From Gemmatimonadota bacterium (GTDB taxonomy: Bacteria > 4572-55 > J002), in contig RFFQ01000131.1 of NCBI GenBank assembly GCA_003697105.1, forward strand, positions 1 through 62,309: a stretch of DNA of 62,309 nt, in the 5' to 3' direction. The position numbers were made by a program, and so were the translations under genes. The notes beneath the pieces are model-generated. The model saw only the letters and a program-made list of their open reading frames with translations. It had not been told where the DNA came from and did no database searches. Below, piece by piece: positions 29,163 to 39,631 of this stretch; position 1 is the first letter of the stretch; each line of letters opens with the position of its first letter.

Positions 29163-30062
29163 ATGGATAACCCGTTTACCGATTATCTCCGCCGTTTCAA
29201 AGACTACATCAGCATTGAAAAAGGTCTTGCCGATAATAGTATTGAAGCCTATGATCGAGACCTGACACGTTATTTACATCACTTAGATGACCTTAACCTT
29301 ACCCATTTGGAACAGATTACCCATGATCACATCACCCAATTGCTGATGCAACTGCATGAAATGGGGTTATCTCATGCCAGTATTGCCCGGAATATTTCCG
29401 CCCTGCGCCAATTTCATCAATTTTTGGTTGCCGAGGGCGAGACCGAAAATGACCCCACGGAACTGCTGCGCAATCCACAAATTGGGCGAAAAATTCCGGT
29501 AGTTCTTACGATGGAAGAGGTCGAACGGTTGCTTTCTAGCCCCGATACCCGTACCACCCTAGGGATGCGAGACCAAGCGATGCTGGAATTTATGTATGCG
29601 ACCGGTGTCCGGGTTTCCGAATTGATTGCCTTTAATATTCGTGATTTTTATCCAGATGATGGGTTTGTTCGTGTTTTTGGAAAGGGGTCTAAAGAGCGGA
29701 TTATCCCGATTGGTTCCAAAGCGATAGAAAGTACCCAAACCTACATCGCCGTCGCACGAGAGGTTCTCCGCCGGAGTAAACCCACGGAAACGCTTTTTTT
29801 GAATTGGCACGGGCGCCCCCTCAGCCGGATGGGCTTTTGGAAAATCCTGCAAAAACATGTGGAAGGGGCAAATATTAAAAAAGATATTAGCCCGCATACC
29901 TTGCGCCATACCTTCGCAACCCATCTATTGGAAGGTGGGGCGGACTTACGCGCCGTGCAGGAGATGCTGGGACACCGAACGATTGTAACCACCCAAATTT
30001 ACACTAAAATTGACCGTCAATTTTTGCTGGAAACCCACCGTCACTACCACCCACGGGGATGA
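29163..30062 (+). CDS. xerD: Tyrosine recombinase XerD
   Basis: EKGLADNSI.AY..DL, YATG.RVSEL, GKGSKER, SPHTLRHTFATHLL.GGADLRAVQEMLGH, TTQIYT and C-terminal HPRG. Confidence 0.93.
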   Translation: MDNPFTDYLRRFKDYISIEKGLADNSIEAYDRDLTRYLHHLDDLNLTHLEQITHDHITQLLMQLHEMGLSHASIARNISALRQFHQFLVAEGETENDPTELLRNPQIGRKIPVVLTMEEVERLLSSPDTRTTLGMRDQAMLEFMYATGVRVSELIAFNIRDFYPDDGFVRVFGKGSKERIIPIGSKAIESTQTYIAVAREVLRRSKPTETLFLNWHGRPLSRMGFWKILQKHVEGANIKKDISPHTLRHTFATHLLEGGADLRAVQEMLGHRTIVTTQIYTKIDRQFLLETHRHYHPRG

Positions 30063-30089
30063 ATTCACCCCGCCACTTTCAGGTGAATT

Positions 30090-32132
30090 ATGCAGTATCG
30101 TTTCAAGGACATTCCCATGCGGATCAAATTATTGCTCGCGTTTGGGATGATCGTGTTACTGCCAGTACTGATTGTAACTTGGTTTGCCATCGGTCAGATT
30201 ACCAGCAAAATTGAAGATAGCCTCCAAAATCGGGTCAATGAATCTCTCGATGTCGCCCTCAACGCGTACACGCAATTTCGGGATCGGGCGTTGGAAAACG
30301 CCAAAATTCTGGCAGAGTTGCGTACCCTCCAAAATTATATCAATCATTATGATACGGAAGCAATGAATCTTATCCAATTGGTGGAAATTAAACGCGACCA
30401 GTTTGATGCGATTACCCTCGAAATCGCCGATGCAAGAGGGGATATTCTCTATCGGAGTTACGAAGCTATTCCGGACCGGCGCGAGTATTTATATGACTCC
30501 CAAGACCCAACGATTTTGCGTGCCATACAATATTCAGAAGGCATCTCGGTGCGAGCCTCCGAACATGGGATTTCGGTCAAAGGGGTGGTACCGGTACGAA
30601 CATATGCAGACCCGTTTGGTGTGATTTTGTTGGGGTATCTGCTGGATGATACCTTTGCCGACCAAATTCACCAAATTACAGGCACGGATGTCGGCATTCG
30701 GATTTATCTCAACTCGCGGGTGATCGCCGCAGCATTTGCCGCTACGGCAGCAGGGAGCCGGGAACAGATTCTTAAAGAGGTAAAATCACAAGCGGCACGA
30801 CCTGAAATTACCCAACATGTTATTAAAGACGGTATTCGGAATTGGAGTTACCGCGAAACCATTCGAGGAAATGAATATCAAACAGCTTTTGCCCCTATCA
30901 GCGGTGATAATGGCGAGATTATCGGCATGATTTCCGTGGCGATTCAACGCGATAATATTGATGCCATCAAACGCCTGTCAGCGATATTCTTATTTGTCGC
31001 CGCCATTGTGGCGTTGATTCTTGCCACACTCACTGCCTTTTTTATCTCGCGAGAAATTACAGTCCCGCTCCAACGCTTTGTGGAAGGCTCCCGCGCCATC
31101 TCCGCCGGAGATTTTACCCAACGGATCAACCTCCATTCCCGCGATGAAATTGGGGTTCTGGCAAACACTTTCAACCAGATGACCCAAGATTTATTTGACC
31201 AACGAGAACAATTGCGGAAGGCAAATCAACAATTGACCGAGTATGCCGCCCAATTAGAACAAACCAATTTAGAATTGACGGCCGCCAAACAACGCATCGA
31301 ACGGTGGAATGAAGAATTAGAACAAACCGTTAAAGAACGTACCGAACAGTTAGAAATTTCCAACCGCGAATTGAAAAAACTGCATGAAATGCGCACCGAA
31401 TTTTTAAACATGGCAACCCATGAACTGCGCACCCCCATTACCGCGATTAAAGGATATTCCGATTTTATGCTGATGGGAATGATGGGCGAAATTAACGATA
31501 AACAGCGCAAAGCCATTTCTGCCATCCGCGAAAGTGGAGAACGGCAACTCGCCCTCATCAACGATATGCTAGACCTCGCTAAAATTGAGGCAGGGCGAAT
31601 CCAACTGGAAGTCGAACCGACGCCCCTGTGGGTGATCGCCGCCAATAATCTGCACATGATCCGCCCCTTAGCAGAAGAAAAGGGCATTACGCTGGAAAAC
31701 CAAATCCCCCGTGATTTTCCAGACGTTTATGTGGATAAAGATAAACTAACACAGGTGTTTACCAACTTGCTCAGCAATGCCATCAAATATACGGATGATG
31801 GGGGGCGAGTGACCATCACCGCCAGTGTTATTTCGGAAGAGCATGTGCAAGTTTCTGTCTCGGATACGGGTGTCGGTATCCCACCGGAAGATTTACCGAA
31901 AGTGTTTGAAAAGTTTACCAAAATTTCCAACCAACCCACCCGCAATGAAAAAGGCACCGGTTTGGGTCTGCCGATTGTCAAATTGATCGTAGAGGCACAC
32001 GGGGGCGAAATTTGGGTTGAAAGTGAACTCAACAAAGGAACATCCTTCTCTTTTACCATTCCTATCTTTCAATATGAAGCGCAATTGAAAGAACAAGCCC
32101 AACGTATCGAACGATCATTAACTTCCACATGA
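30090..32132 (+). CDS. Sensor histidine kinase (Cache-like periplasmic domain, HAMP, HisKA, HATPase)
   Basis: Two TMs, DEIG.LA..FN.M, THELRTP, NLLSNAIKY, DTGVGI and GTGLGL. Confidence 0.92.
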   Translation: MQYRFKDIPMRIKLLLAFGMIVLLPVLIVTWFAIGQITSKIEDSLQNRVNESLDVALNAYTQFRDRALENAKILAELRTLQNYINHYDTEAMNLIQLVEIKRDQFDAITLEIADARGDILYRSYEAIPDRREYLYDSQDPTILRAIQYSEGISVRASEHGISVKGVVPVRTYADPFGVILLGYLLDDTFADQIHQITGTDVGIRIYLNSRVIAAAFAATAAGSREQILKEVKSQAARPEITQHVIKDGIRNWSYRETIRGNEYQTAFAPISGDNGEIIGMISVAIQRDNIDAIKRLSAIFLFVAAIVALILATLTAFFISREITVPLQRFVEGSRAISAGDFTQRINLHSRDEIGVLANTFNQMTQDLFDQREQLRKANQQLTEYAAQLEQTNLELTAAKQRIERWNEELEQTVKERTEQLEISNRELKKLHEMRTEFLNMATHELRTPITAIKGYSDFMLMGMMGEINDKQRKAISAIRESGERQLALINDMLDLAKIEAGRIQLEVEPTPLWVIAANNLHMIRPLAEEKGITLENQIPRDFPDVYVDKDKLTQVFTNLLSNAIKYTDDGGRVTITASVISEEHVQVSVSDTGVGIPPEDLPKVFEKFTKISNQPTRNEKGTGLGLPIVKLIVEAHGGEIWVESELNKGTSFSFTIPIFQYEAQLKEQAQRIERSLTST

Positions 32133-33250
32133 TGCCCACTTCCGCATTTCTTCAATCTCTGGGGATTACGCGACCCACTGCCATACTGGATGCCGTTCAA
32201 GCCCGGCAAAATATCCGGCACATGGCACAAAAAGCCGCTCAAGCAAACATCCGGTTCCGCCCCCATTTCAAAACCCACCAGTCCGCTGAGATCGGGCAAT
32301 GGTTTCAAACCGAAGGCGTTACGACGATCACGGTCTCATCGTTTTCAATGGCGCATTATTTTGTGGAGCACGGCTGGCAGGATATTACCGTCGCCTTTCC
32401 GGTCAATGTGCGGGAGATGGATGCGATCAACCGGTTGGCTTCCCAGATTCAATTAGGCGTGTTGGTGGAATCCCTCGCCACGATAGATGCGTTGCAACGA
32501 GGCATCCAGCATCCGGTACAGGTCTGGTTGGAAATTGATACCGGTTATCATCGAACCGGTCTGGTGTGGGATGATGGAGACCGGATTTTGTCTCTTGTGC
32601 GGCATCTGGATTCGGTGGAACATCTTGAGTTTACCGGAATTTTAACCCATACGGGACAGACGTATTATGCGCGTTCCCGTGCCGAAATCCAGTATCTTTA
32701 TCAGGAAACTACCGGGCGGATGCAGTCCATTCAGGATCGACTCCAACAAGCCGGTTTTTCTTGCCAAATTTCCATTGGAGATACCCCTTCATGTGCTGTT
32801 GCCGGCTCATTCGCCGGAATAGATGAAATTCGACCGGGAAATTTTGTGTTTTACGACCAGATGATGTACCAAATTGGTGCTTGCCGTCCCGATCAATTGG
32901 CTTTAGCGGTGGCGTGTCCGGTGGTGGGGGTGTATCCTGAGCGAGGTCAGATAGTGGTGTATGGGGGTGCCGTCCATCTTTCCAAAGAGGCTCTGGTAGA
33001 AACCAGTGGACGGGCCGTGTTCGGATATTTGCAGGAGATTGAAAACGGTCGTTTGGGGCGGATCGCCTATGATGCGCCGGTGATTTCGCTCTCACAAGAA
33101 CATGGAATCATCGACGTACCCCCGGCTATGGAGCGAAAGGTCACGGTCGGGGATATTGTTTTGATTTCGCCGGTGCATTCCTGCTTGACCGCCAACCTGT
33201 ACCCCTTTTATTTGACCTTAACGGGGGAAAACATTAGCCGAATACGGTAA
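32129..33250 (+). CDS. Alanine-racemase-fold PLP enzyme (D-serine dehydratase / D-threonine aldolase-like)
   Basis: RPHFKTH, EIDTGYHRTG, HTGQ, GDTPS, EIRPGNFVFYD, SQEHG and PVHSC. Confidence 0.85.
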   Translation: MMPTSAFLQSLGITRPTAILDAVQARQNIRHMAQKAAQANIRFRPHFKTHQSAEIGQWFQTEGVTTITVSSFSMAHYFVEHGWQDITVAFPVNVREMDAINRLASQIQLGVLVESLATIDALQRGIQHPVQVWLEIDTGYHRTGLVWDDGDRILSLVRHLDSVEHLEFTGILTHTGQTYYARSRAEIQYLYQETTGRMQSIQDRLQQAGFSCQISIGDTPSCAVAGSFAGIDEIRPGNFVFYDQMMYQIGACRPDQLALAVACPVVGVYPERGQIVVYGGAVHLSKEALVETSGRAVFGYLQEIENGRLGRIAYDAPVISLSQEHGIIDVPPAMERKVTVGDIVLISPVHSCLTANLYPFYLTLTGENISRIR

Positions 33251-34166
33251 CTTTGACCACATATATGATGTATAATACCAGTAAAAACAGTGCCTTAGGA
33301 TGGCTCAATCGCCAATTCCACCGGAGTAACGGCAGTAGCAAGAGGCTAAATACCAGCATGACGGGTATGTCCCATACGAGGGACATCTGTTCCACCGGAA
33401 TGGGTTTGATTATGGCGACAGTGCCCATGACAAAGGTTGTGTTGAAAATATTACTCCCCACAATATTCCCAATGCCAATATCGGTTTCCCCCTTGATGAT
33501 GGCGTATAATGACGTCGCCAGTTCGGGTAATGAGGTTCCCACAGCCACTAATGTTAGCCCGATGATCAATTGAGGCACTCCCAACATTTCTGCAATGTTC
33601 ACCGCACCGGTGACCAGCCCCTGTCCTCCCGCGGTTAGTGCCAACAACCCCAAAATTACGATTATGATGTCCCGCAGGATGTTGGTTGAAGCGCCTTCGG
33701 GTACTTCGCCAGTTAAAGCTTTTGGTGGCTCTTTAAAGCAAAAGATGATAAATCCGGTAAAGATCACCAGCAGGATTACACCCGCCCGTAGACCCAAGAT
33801 TCCATTCCATGCCAGTGCCCACATGACCAGCCCAGAGAATAGAATCAGAGGTATATCGATAAAAATCAGGCGACGTTCGACGCCCATGACCCGGATCAGA
33901 CCGGCAAACCCTAGTATCAGTCCAATGTTAGCGATGTTACTGCCTACGACGTTTCCGAGCGTGATCGCCGTTGAACCCCGCAATGCCGCGAGTAAACAGA
34001 CGACTAACTCCGGTGCAGATGTGCCAAATGCCACTAATGTTAAACCAATAACCAGTGGCGAAACGCCAAACCGGATCGCAATGCGGGAAGACCCCCCCAC
34101 AAGCCACTCCGAACCAAAATACAATCCCACCACACCCAATAATACCCATAAAATTGATGTAATCAT
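33234..34166 (-). CDS. Ca2+/Na+ antiporter (YrbG-like, CaCA family)
   Basis: Two alpha repeats: GTSAPEL...GNVVGSNIAN and GTSLPEL...GNIVGSNIFN. Confidence 0.93.
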   Translation of the reverse strand: MITSILWVLLGVVGLYFGSEWLVGGSSRIAIRFGVSPLVIGLTLVAFGTSAPELVVCLLAALRGSTAITLGNVVGSNIANIGLILGFAGLIRVMGVERRLIFIDIPLILFSGLVMWALAWNGILGLRAGVILLVIFTGFIIFCFKEPPKALTGEVPEGASTNILRDIIIVILGLLALTAGGQGLVTGAVNIAEMLGVPQLIIGLTLVAVGTSLPELATSLYAIIKGETDIGIGNIVGSNIFNTTFVMGTVAIIKPIPVEQMSLVWDIPVMLVFSLLLLPLLRWNWRLSHPKALFLLVLYIIYVVKVTVFG

Positions 34167-34272
34167 CGATTTCTCTCTGCGTTTAGAGTTTATATACTCC
34201 GGGAAAAATGAGCCTTCACGTTAAGCGGAATCCGAGTTGCTGTCAATAGCTTTTTGACGGGGGCGAATATGC

Positions 34273-34301
34273 TTGACTTCTATCGATAGAGCCATTAACA
34301 T
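34273..34301 (+). promoter_or_regulatory. Sigma-70-type promoter with a palindrome in the spacer
   Basis: TTGACT-N17-TAACAT. The spacer contains TCTATCGATAGA. Confidence 0.45.
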
Positions 34302-34380
34302 ACGGAACAATACCCTCAGGGTTTGAGGGAAATTGTTCAATACTAACGCACTTATAATAAACAGTTTAAAGGAGGTTATC

Positions 34381-34908
34381 ATGAAAGATCAATTGATCGA
34401 AATTATGCCCGAATTTCTGCAAATTAAAGATGAAGATGTTCGGAATAAAACCCTTGCCGTCTGGGAAGAAGCCCTGACCACCAAAGGGTGGACGATAGAA
34501 ACCTTGCAACGAATGCCATTCACCTTGCTAGCAGATAATGTTCAAGTCAGTTTTATCGAACATGTGCGGGTGGTCTGCCAGATGTGTATCGCCATTAAAG
34601 ATGTGTTGGTTAAAAATTATGATCATGCCGAGATTAATTCAGACCATCTCATCGCCGGAGCCATGCTGGCGGATGTGGGCAAAGTTTGGGAAAATGATGA
34701 GGTTGGTGGCAAATTTGTGAAAAGTTTACACGGAAAATACCTGCGCCACCCGTTTACCGGTGTCATGCTGGCGCACAAACATGGTTTACCCGACCCGGTG
34801 TTGCACGTCATCGCTGTTCACTCCAAAGAGGGGGATGGCTTCAAACGGACGCCGGAAGCGATCATCTTCCACCATGCCGATTTTGTGGATTTCGATTTAG
34901 TTCGGTAA
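34381..34908 (+). CDS. HD-domain (HDIG-like) metal-dependent phosphohydrolase
   Basis: EHVR, LADVGK (HD variant), LRHPF.G, HS.EG and HHAD. GGAGG RBS. Confidence 0.8.
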   Translation: MKDQLIEIMPEFLQIKDEDVRNKTLAVWEEALTTKGWTIETLQRMPFTLLADNVQVSFIEHVRVVCQMCIAIKDVLVKNYDHAEINSDHLIAGAMLADVGKVWENDEVGGKFVKSLHGKYLRHPFTGVMLAHKHGLPDPVLHVIAVHSKEGDGFKRTPEAIIFHHADFVDFDLVR

Positions 34909-34984
34909 GACCCGGAACCCCAAAACCCGAAATTTAACCCGCAACGATAAACGATAGTTTGAGCGAATTTGAGGTCATTTAGCC

Positions 34985-35653
34985 ATGTGTGGACGGTTTG
35001 TGCGGAAAAGCCGGATTGATGAGATTGTGTGGGCATTTGCCGTCGATGAAGTCGCTGCAGATGTAGCTCCCAGCTATAATATCGCTCCGACTCAGGACGT
35101 TGTAGCCCTCATCGCCGCCAACGGTAAGCGGCGTTTGGGCGCGTTGCGGTGGGGATTGATCCCGTTTTGGGCAAAAGAGGTTGCTACGGGTAACAAGATG
35201 ATCAATGCCCGTGCTGAAAGCGTGATGGAAAAAGTCAGTTTTCGGAAGCCGTTCCTCCACCAACGGTGCTTGATTGTTGCCAATGGATTTTATGAGTGGA
35301 AACGGTCTGGAACGACCAAAGTGCCGGTGTATATCCGGCTTAAATCGGATATGCCGTTTGCCTTCGCCGGACTGTACGACACGTGGACCTCTCCGGCAGG
35401 GGAGCGCATTAGCAGTTGCACGATTCTCACAACTGGAGCAAATGAATTGCTCCGGGATGTTCACCACCGGATGCCCGTTATTCTGAATGAGACCGCTCAA
35501 GAAATCTGGTTAGACCGTACCATGAAAGACCCCGCCCCGTTACAATCCGTGCTCCAGCCGTATCCCCCGGATCAAATGGAGTTGTTTGAGGTCTCAACGC
35601 GGGTCAATTCGGTCAAAAATGATGATGCCGGCTTGATTGAACCGGTATCCTAA
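34985..35653 (+). CDS. SOS response-associated peptidase (SRAP/YedK/HMCES family)
   Basis: N-terminal MCGRF, YNIAPTQ, WGLIP.W, INARAE, GFYEW and HHRMPVIL. Confidence 0.93.
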   Translation: MCGRFVRKSRIDEIVWAFAVDEVAADVAPSYNIAPTQDVVALIAANGKRRLGALRWGLIPFWAKEVATGNKMINARAESVMEKVSFRKPFLHQRCLIVANGFYEWKRSGTTKVPVYIRLKSDMPFAFAGLYDTWTSPAGERISSCTILTTGANELLRDVHHRMPVILNETAQEIWLDRTMKDPAPLQSVLQPYPPDQMELFEVSTRVNSVKNDDAGLIEPVS

Positions 35654-35662
35654 AGGGTGCTC

Positions 35663-36703
35663 ATGTCGAAGCTCATAATACCCCTATGGATCTGTTGTTT
35701 TTTAGTGTTTCCAAAGATTACCCCAGCAGAAGTGGTGACATACCGTGATGTCACCGGGGTCGAAGTCGGTTGGTATGATGCCAGCTATGCCCTCGTGATC
35801 ACCCTGAGTGATTATCAATATGCTTGGGGTGACTTGGATTTTTTAAACGAAGATGCCAATCGGGTTGCCGGAGCCCTAATGGAACAGGGGTTTGAGGTCG
35901 TGCGGGTGAATAACCCAGACCATCACGCGCTAACAGCGGAAATTCAGCAGTTTTTTGATATTTACGGGCAACAGCGTTACAGCCGGTTGGTGGTTTACAT
36001 TGCCGGACATGGTTACACTCTAGGTGAAATGGGCTATATTGTGCCGGTAGATACCCCTTTGCCGCAAACAGACCCTACCGGATTTTTAGCAACGGCTCTG
36101 GAAATTAAGCAATTGCAACACATTGCCAACCAAGCTCCTGCCAACCATGTGTTGTGTCTGATTGATGGCGATCTTTCGCCTACACGGCTCGATCTAAATC
36201 CCGGGATGGTGCGCCCGCTCAGTTTTACCACCAGTGAACCCGTACGGCAATTTATCATTTCCGGTAGTGATCATCAAAATCAGTGGAATCGCAGTATGAT
36301 AGCCGACCAATTTGCCAAAATATTGTACGGAAAAGCCGGCGAGATCGGTAAAGACGGGTATCTGACGGGCGCGGAGATTGGGTTTTATTTACAACAACGC
36401 ATCGCGCTGTTTTCCGCAGGTTCGCAACGGCTTATTTTTGGGCAAACCGGTGCGGGTGATGTGGTTTTTACCACGACCCCAAGTCTATCCTACATTTTAG
36501 CCACCCAACGGGCATTGATGCGAAATGAGTTTTATCTAAATCTGATCGATGTGACTCGTACGGATGACCCGTATAGTTGGCAGTTGCTCACCCGGCGCTA
36601 TATGCGGCAACCGTTAGCCCCGCTGAAAGAATCCGAGGAAACGCGGAAAAAGAAAGCAGAACAGACGGGTAAAAGTGTATTTGGTGAGGAATATGATTTT
36701 TAA
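35663..36703 (+). CDS. Exported caspase-like (C14) domain protein, probably catalytically altered
   Basis: YALVI..SDY, DA..VA..L...GFEV and YIAGHG..GYIVPVD. LIDGD stands where DxC is expected. Confidence 0.7.
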   Translation: MSKLIIPLWICCFLVFPKITPAEVVTYRDVTGVEVGWYDASYALVITLSDYQYAWGDLDFLNEDANRVAGALMEQGFEVVRVNNPDHHALTAEIQQFFDIYGQQRYSRLVVYIAGHGYTLGEMGYIVPVDTPLPQTDPTGFLATALEIKQLQHIANQAPANHVLCLIDGDLSPTRLDLNPGMVRPLSFTTSEPVRQFIISGSDHQNQWNRSMIADQFAKILYGKAGEIGKDGYLTGAEIGFYLQQRIALFSAGSQRLIFGQTGAGDVVFTTTPSLSYILATQRALMRNEFYLNLIDVTRTDDPYSWQLLTRRYMRQPLAPLKESEETRKKKAEQTGKSVFGEEYDF

Positions 36704-36719
36704 ATAGTCTGTTTATAGG

Positions 36720-36753
36720 GGGTATCGAAGGACTCTCGATACCCGTTTTGTTT
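36720..36753 (+). terminator. Intrinsic terminator
   Basis: GGGTATCGA-loop-TCGATACCC followed by GTTTTGTTT. Confidence 0.6.
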
Positions 36754-36796
36754 GAGGTTAATGTAACAATATCTAACTTATTTAGGAGGATTTATC

Positions 36797-37912
36797 ATGG
36801 CTCAATATAAAATTGCATGGTTGCCCGGTGATGGCGTGGGGAACGAGGTCATGGAGGCAGCAAAAATCGTACTGGATGCCCTAAAATTCGATGCCGAGTA
36901 TATTCATGGTGACATCGGTTGGGAATTTTGGTGCAATGAGGGCGATCCCCTCCCCCAACGTACAATTGAAGTATTACATAATACCGATTGTGCCCTTTTC
37001 GGCGCGATTACATCCAAACCGAAAGAAGAAGCCGCTAAAGAACTCATTCCGGAATTGCAGGATAAAGGATATGTCTATTTTAGCCCGATTGTACGCCTGC
37101 GTCAGGAATTTAATCTCCACACGAATTTGCGCCCCTGTAAAGCGTATCCCGGCAATCCTTTGAATTACAAGGAAGGTATTGATTTGGTCATCTTCCGTGA
37201 AAATACGGAAGGAATGTATGGCGGGGTTGAGTTTCACCCGATTCCGCAACACGTTTTTGATGCGCTCTGTACCCATCCCAAAATGAAAAAATTTGGCGAA
37301 AAAGGGCTAGAGAATCTGGCACTGAGTACCCGCATTATGTCCCGGCAAGGGTGTGAAAATATCGTGCGGCAAGCGTTTGAATATGCCAAAAAACACAATC
37401 GCAAATCCGTGACGGTGGTCGATAAACCGAATGTGATCCGCGAAACCGGCGGGTTGATGATCCGTACTGCTCGCGAAGTTGCAAAAGATTACCCCGACAT
37501 CCCACTGTGGGAAACCAACATTGATGCCCAATGTATGTGGCTGGTAAAAAACCCGCTGGATTATGATGTGCTGGTTGCCGAGAATATGTTTGGTGATATT
37601 CTTTCTGATTTGGCAGCGCAATTGGTCGGTGGCTTGGGGTTTGCCTGTGCGGGGAATATCGGTGATAATTACGCGGTATTTGAGCCTACACATGGCTCTG
37701 CACCCAAGTATTATGGACAGTACAAAGTCAATCCGATTGCGATGTTATTGACGACACGGCTCATGCTTGATTGGCTCAATGAGTTCGATATGGCAAACCG
37801 GCTGGAAAATGCCATTGCCACTGTGATTGCCGAAGGGAAGGTTCGGACGTACGATATGGGCGGCTCGAATACCACACTGGAAATGGCGGAAGCGGTGGCT
37901 TCCAAATTGTAA
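36797..37912 (+). CDS. Isocitrate/isopropylmalate/homoisocitrate dehydrogenase family protein
   Basis: LPGDGVG.EV, NLRP, FRENTEG.Y, NMFGDILSD and FEPTHGSAP. Confidence 0.92.
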   Translation: MAQYKIAWLPGDGVGNEVMEAAKIVLDALKFDAEYIHGDIGWEFWCNEGDPLPQRTIEVLHNTDCALFGAITSKPKEEAAKELIPELQDKGYVYFSPIVRLRQEFNLHTNLRPCKAYPGNPLNYKEGIDLVIFRENTEGMYGGVEFHPIPQHVFDALCTHPKMKKFGEKGLENLALSTRIMSRQGCENIVRQAFEYAKKHNRKSVTVVDKPNVIRETGGLMIRTAREVAKDYPDIPLWETNIDAQCMWLVKNPLDYDVLVAENMFGDILSDLAAQLVGGLGFACAGNIGDNYAVFEPTHGSAPKYYGQYKVNPIAMLLTTRLMLDWLNEFDMANRLENAIATVIAEGKVRTYDMGGSNTTLEMAEAVASKL

Positions 37913-37928
37913 AAAGGGTCGTTTTTAG

Positions 37929-37968
37929 ACAACACCCGATGAGAAGACTCTTGTCGGGTGTTGTGTTT
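37929..37968 (+). terminator. Stem-loop / probable terminator
   Basis: ACAACACCCGATGAGA..TCTTGTCGGGTGTTGT followed by GTTT. Confidence 0.55.
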
Positions 37969-38010
37969 GCCGTTAATGTATGAATTCACCATTCCTATCG
38001 AAAAACGAAA

Positions 38011-39627
38011 ATGAAAAACGCATATTCCTCGGATAAAATTATATTGGATGGCGAACACCTGACCCTGGAACAGGTCGTCGCGGTGGCTCGCCACTATGCC
38101 CCCGTTGAAATTGCCAAACTCGCCAAAGAACGCGTTCAGCAGTGCCGTAAATGGATTGATCAAATCGTGCAAGGTAAACTCACTGATGAAACCGGTAATG
38201 AACTGACGATCTATGGTATCAATACCGGTTTCGGGATTCTCGCTAAAACGAAGATTTCACGGGATCAACTGCAGCAATTGCAGCACAACCTGATCGTTAG
38301 CCATTGTGCCGGTGTGGGTAATCTTTTGCCGGTGGAAATCGTACGGGCAATGATGGTGCTACGTGCCAACACTTTGCTGAAAGGGCATTCTGGTATTCGG
38401 CTGAGTGTTATCGATTTATTGATCGATATGCTGAATCACCGTATCCACCCAGCAATTCCCGAAAAAGGGTCCGTTGGGGCAAGTGGCGACCTCGCCCCGC
38501 TTTCGCATTTGGCATTGGCACTGATGGGCGTTGAGGGTGGTAACGTCATTTTAGAAGAAGATGATCACGGGCGGATCACCAAAACAGGCGACGCTCGCCA
38601 AGCGTTGGAAAATGCAGGTTTAAAGCCGGTTACGTTGAAGGCAAAAGAAGGACTTGCCCTGAATAATGGCACGCAGATGTCAACGGCAATCGCGGCTTTG
38701 GCGGTGTACGATGCCGAAATGCTGGTCAAGCACGCCGAAATTGCCGGTGCGATGACACTTGAAGCGGTCTGTGGGATGTCACGGGCATTTGATGCGCGCG
38801 TTCATGCCTTGCGCCACTTTGCCGGGCAATCGATCACGGCACAAAATATCCGTAAGTTGACGGATGGGAGTTCCCTAGTGGATTTATACCCGCAAAAGGT
38901 GCAGGATGGCTACTCCATCCGCTGTATGCCGCAAGTCATTGGTGCGGTGCGCGATACGATTGCCCATGTCCGGCGCACACTGGAAGTCGAACTCAATGCC
39001 GCAACGGATAACCCGCTGATCTTTCCAGATGATCCACACTCGAATAAAGCCTTTTCTGCCGGCAATTTTCACGGTGAACCGGTGGCACTGGTCATGGATT
39101 TTTTAGGCATTGCTCTGGCAGAACTCGGTAGTATTTCGGAGCGTCGTATCTTCCGCCTGACCGATGCAAACCTCAATGAAGGCTTATCACAAATGTTAGT
39201 TGAGGATAGTGGGTTGGAAAACGGCTATATGATTGCCCAATACACCGCTGCGGGCTTGGTCTCGGAAAATAAATCTCTGGCTCATCCGGCATCGGTTGAT
39301 TCCGTGCCCACATCTGCCAACCAAGAGGATCATGTGAGTATGAGTGCAATAGCGGCACGTCAGGCATGGTCTATCCTCAAAAACGCGCAAACGATTATCG
39401 CCATTGAGCTTTTATGCGCCACCCAAGCTTTGGATTTACGGTTGCGCTCGATTGCCACCGCCGAGATGGGTAAAGGCACAAAAATTGTCCACCAACTGTT
39501 GCGAGAGCATGTACCATTTTGGGACACGGATCGCATCATGGCATTTGATATTGAAACCGCCCTTAACTTACTAAGAACAAATGCGATCCTAACACGAGTA
39601 TCGGATAAAATAGGAGGCTTAGGCTGA
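38011..39627 (+). CDS. hutH: Histidine ammonia-lyase
   Basis: YGINTGFG, LIVSHCAG (SH specificity), GSVGASGDLAPL (MIO), GNFHG and NQEDHVSM. Confidence 0.92.
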   Translation: MKNAYSSDKIILDGEHLTLEQVVAVARHYAPVEIAKLAKERVQQCRKWIDQIVQGKLTDETGNELTIYGINTGFGILAKTKISRDQLQQLQHNLIVSHCAGVGNLLPVEIVRAMMVLRANTLLKGHSGIRLSVIDLLIDMLNHRIHPAIPEKGSVGASGDLAPLSHLALALMGVEGGNVILEEDDHGRITKTGDARQALENAGLKPVTLKAKEGLALNNGTQMSTAIAALAVYDAEMLVKHAEIAGAMTLEAVCGMSRAFDARVHALRHFAGQSITAQNIRKLTDGSSLVDLYPQKVQDGYSIRCMPQVIGAVRDTIAHVRRTLEVELNAATDNPLIFPDDPHSNKAFSAGNFHGEPVALVMDFLGIALAELGSISERRIFRLTDANLNEGLSQMLVEDSGLENGYMIAQYTAAGLVSENKSLAHPASVDSVPTSANQEDHVSMSAIAARQAWSILKNAQTIIAIELLCATQALDLRLRSIATAEMGKGTKIVHQLLREHVPFWDTDRIMAFDIETALNLLRTNAILTRVSDKIGGLG

Positions 39628-39631
39628 TCCG

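Noticed and set aside
29163-30062. Tyrosine recombinase as a prophage or island integrase
   Set aside because: The sequence is typical housekeeping XerD, and no att repeats, tRNA or phage genes were seen nearby.
27898-37912. Complete LysW-dependent alpha-aminoadipate lysine pathway (LysW-like protein plus the 36797 dehydrogenase)
   Set aside because: No lysX/Z/Y/J/K in the window, no EDWGE tail, the dehydrogenase specificity is undetermined and the genes are ~9 kb apart.
38011-39627. Phe/Tyr ammonia-lyase or aminomutase for secondary metabolism
   Set aside because: The SH specificity residues indicate histidine ammonia-lyase.
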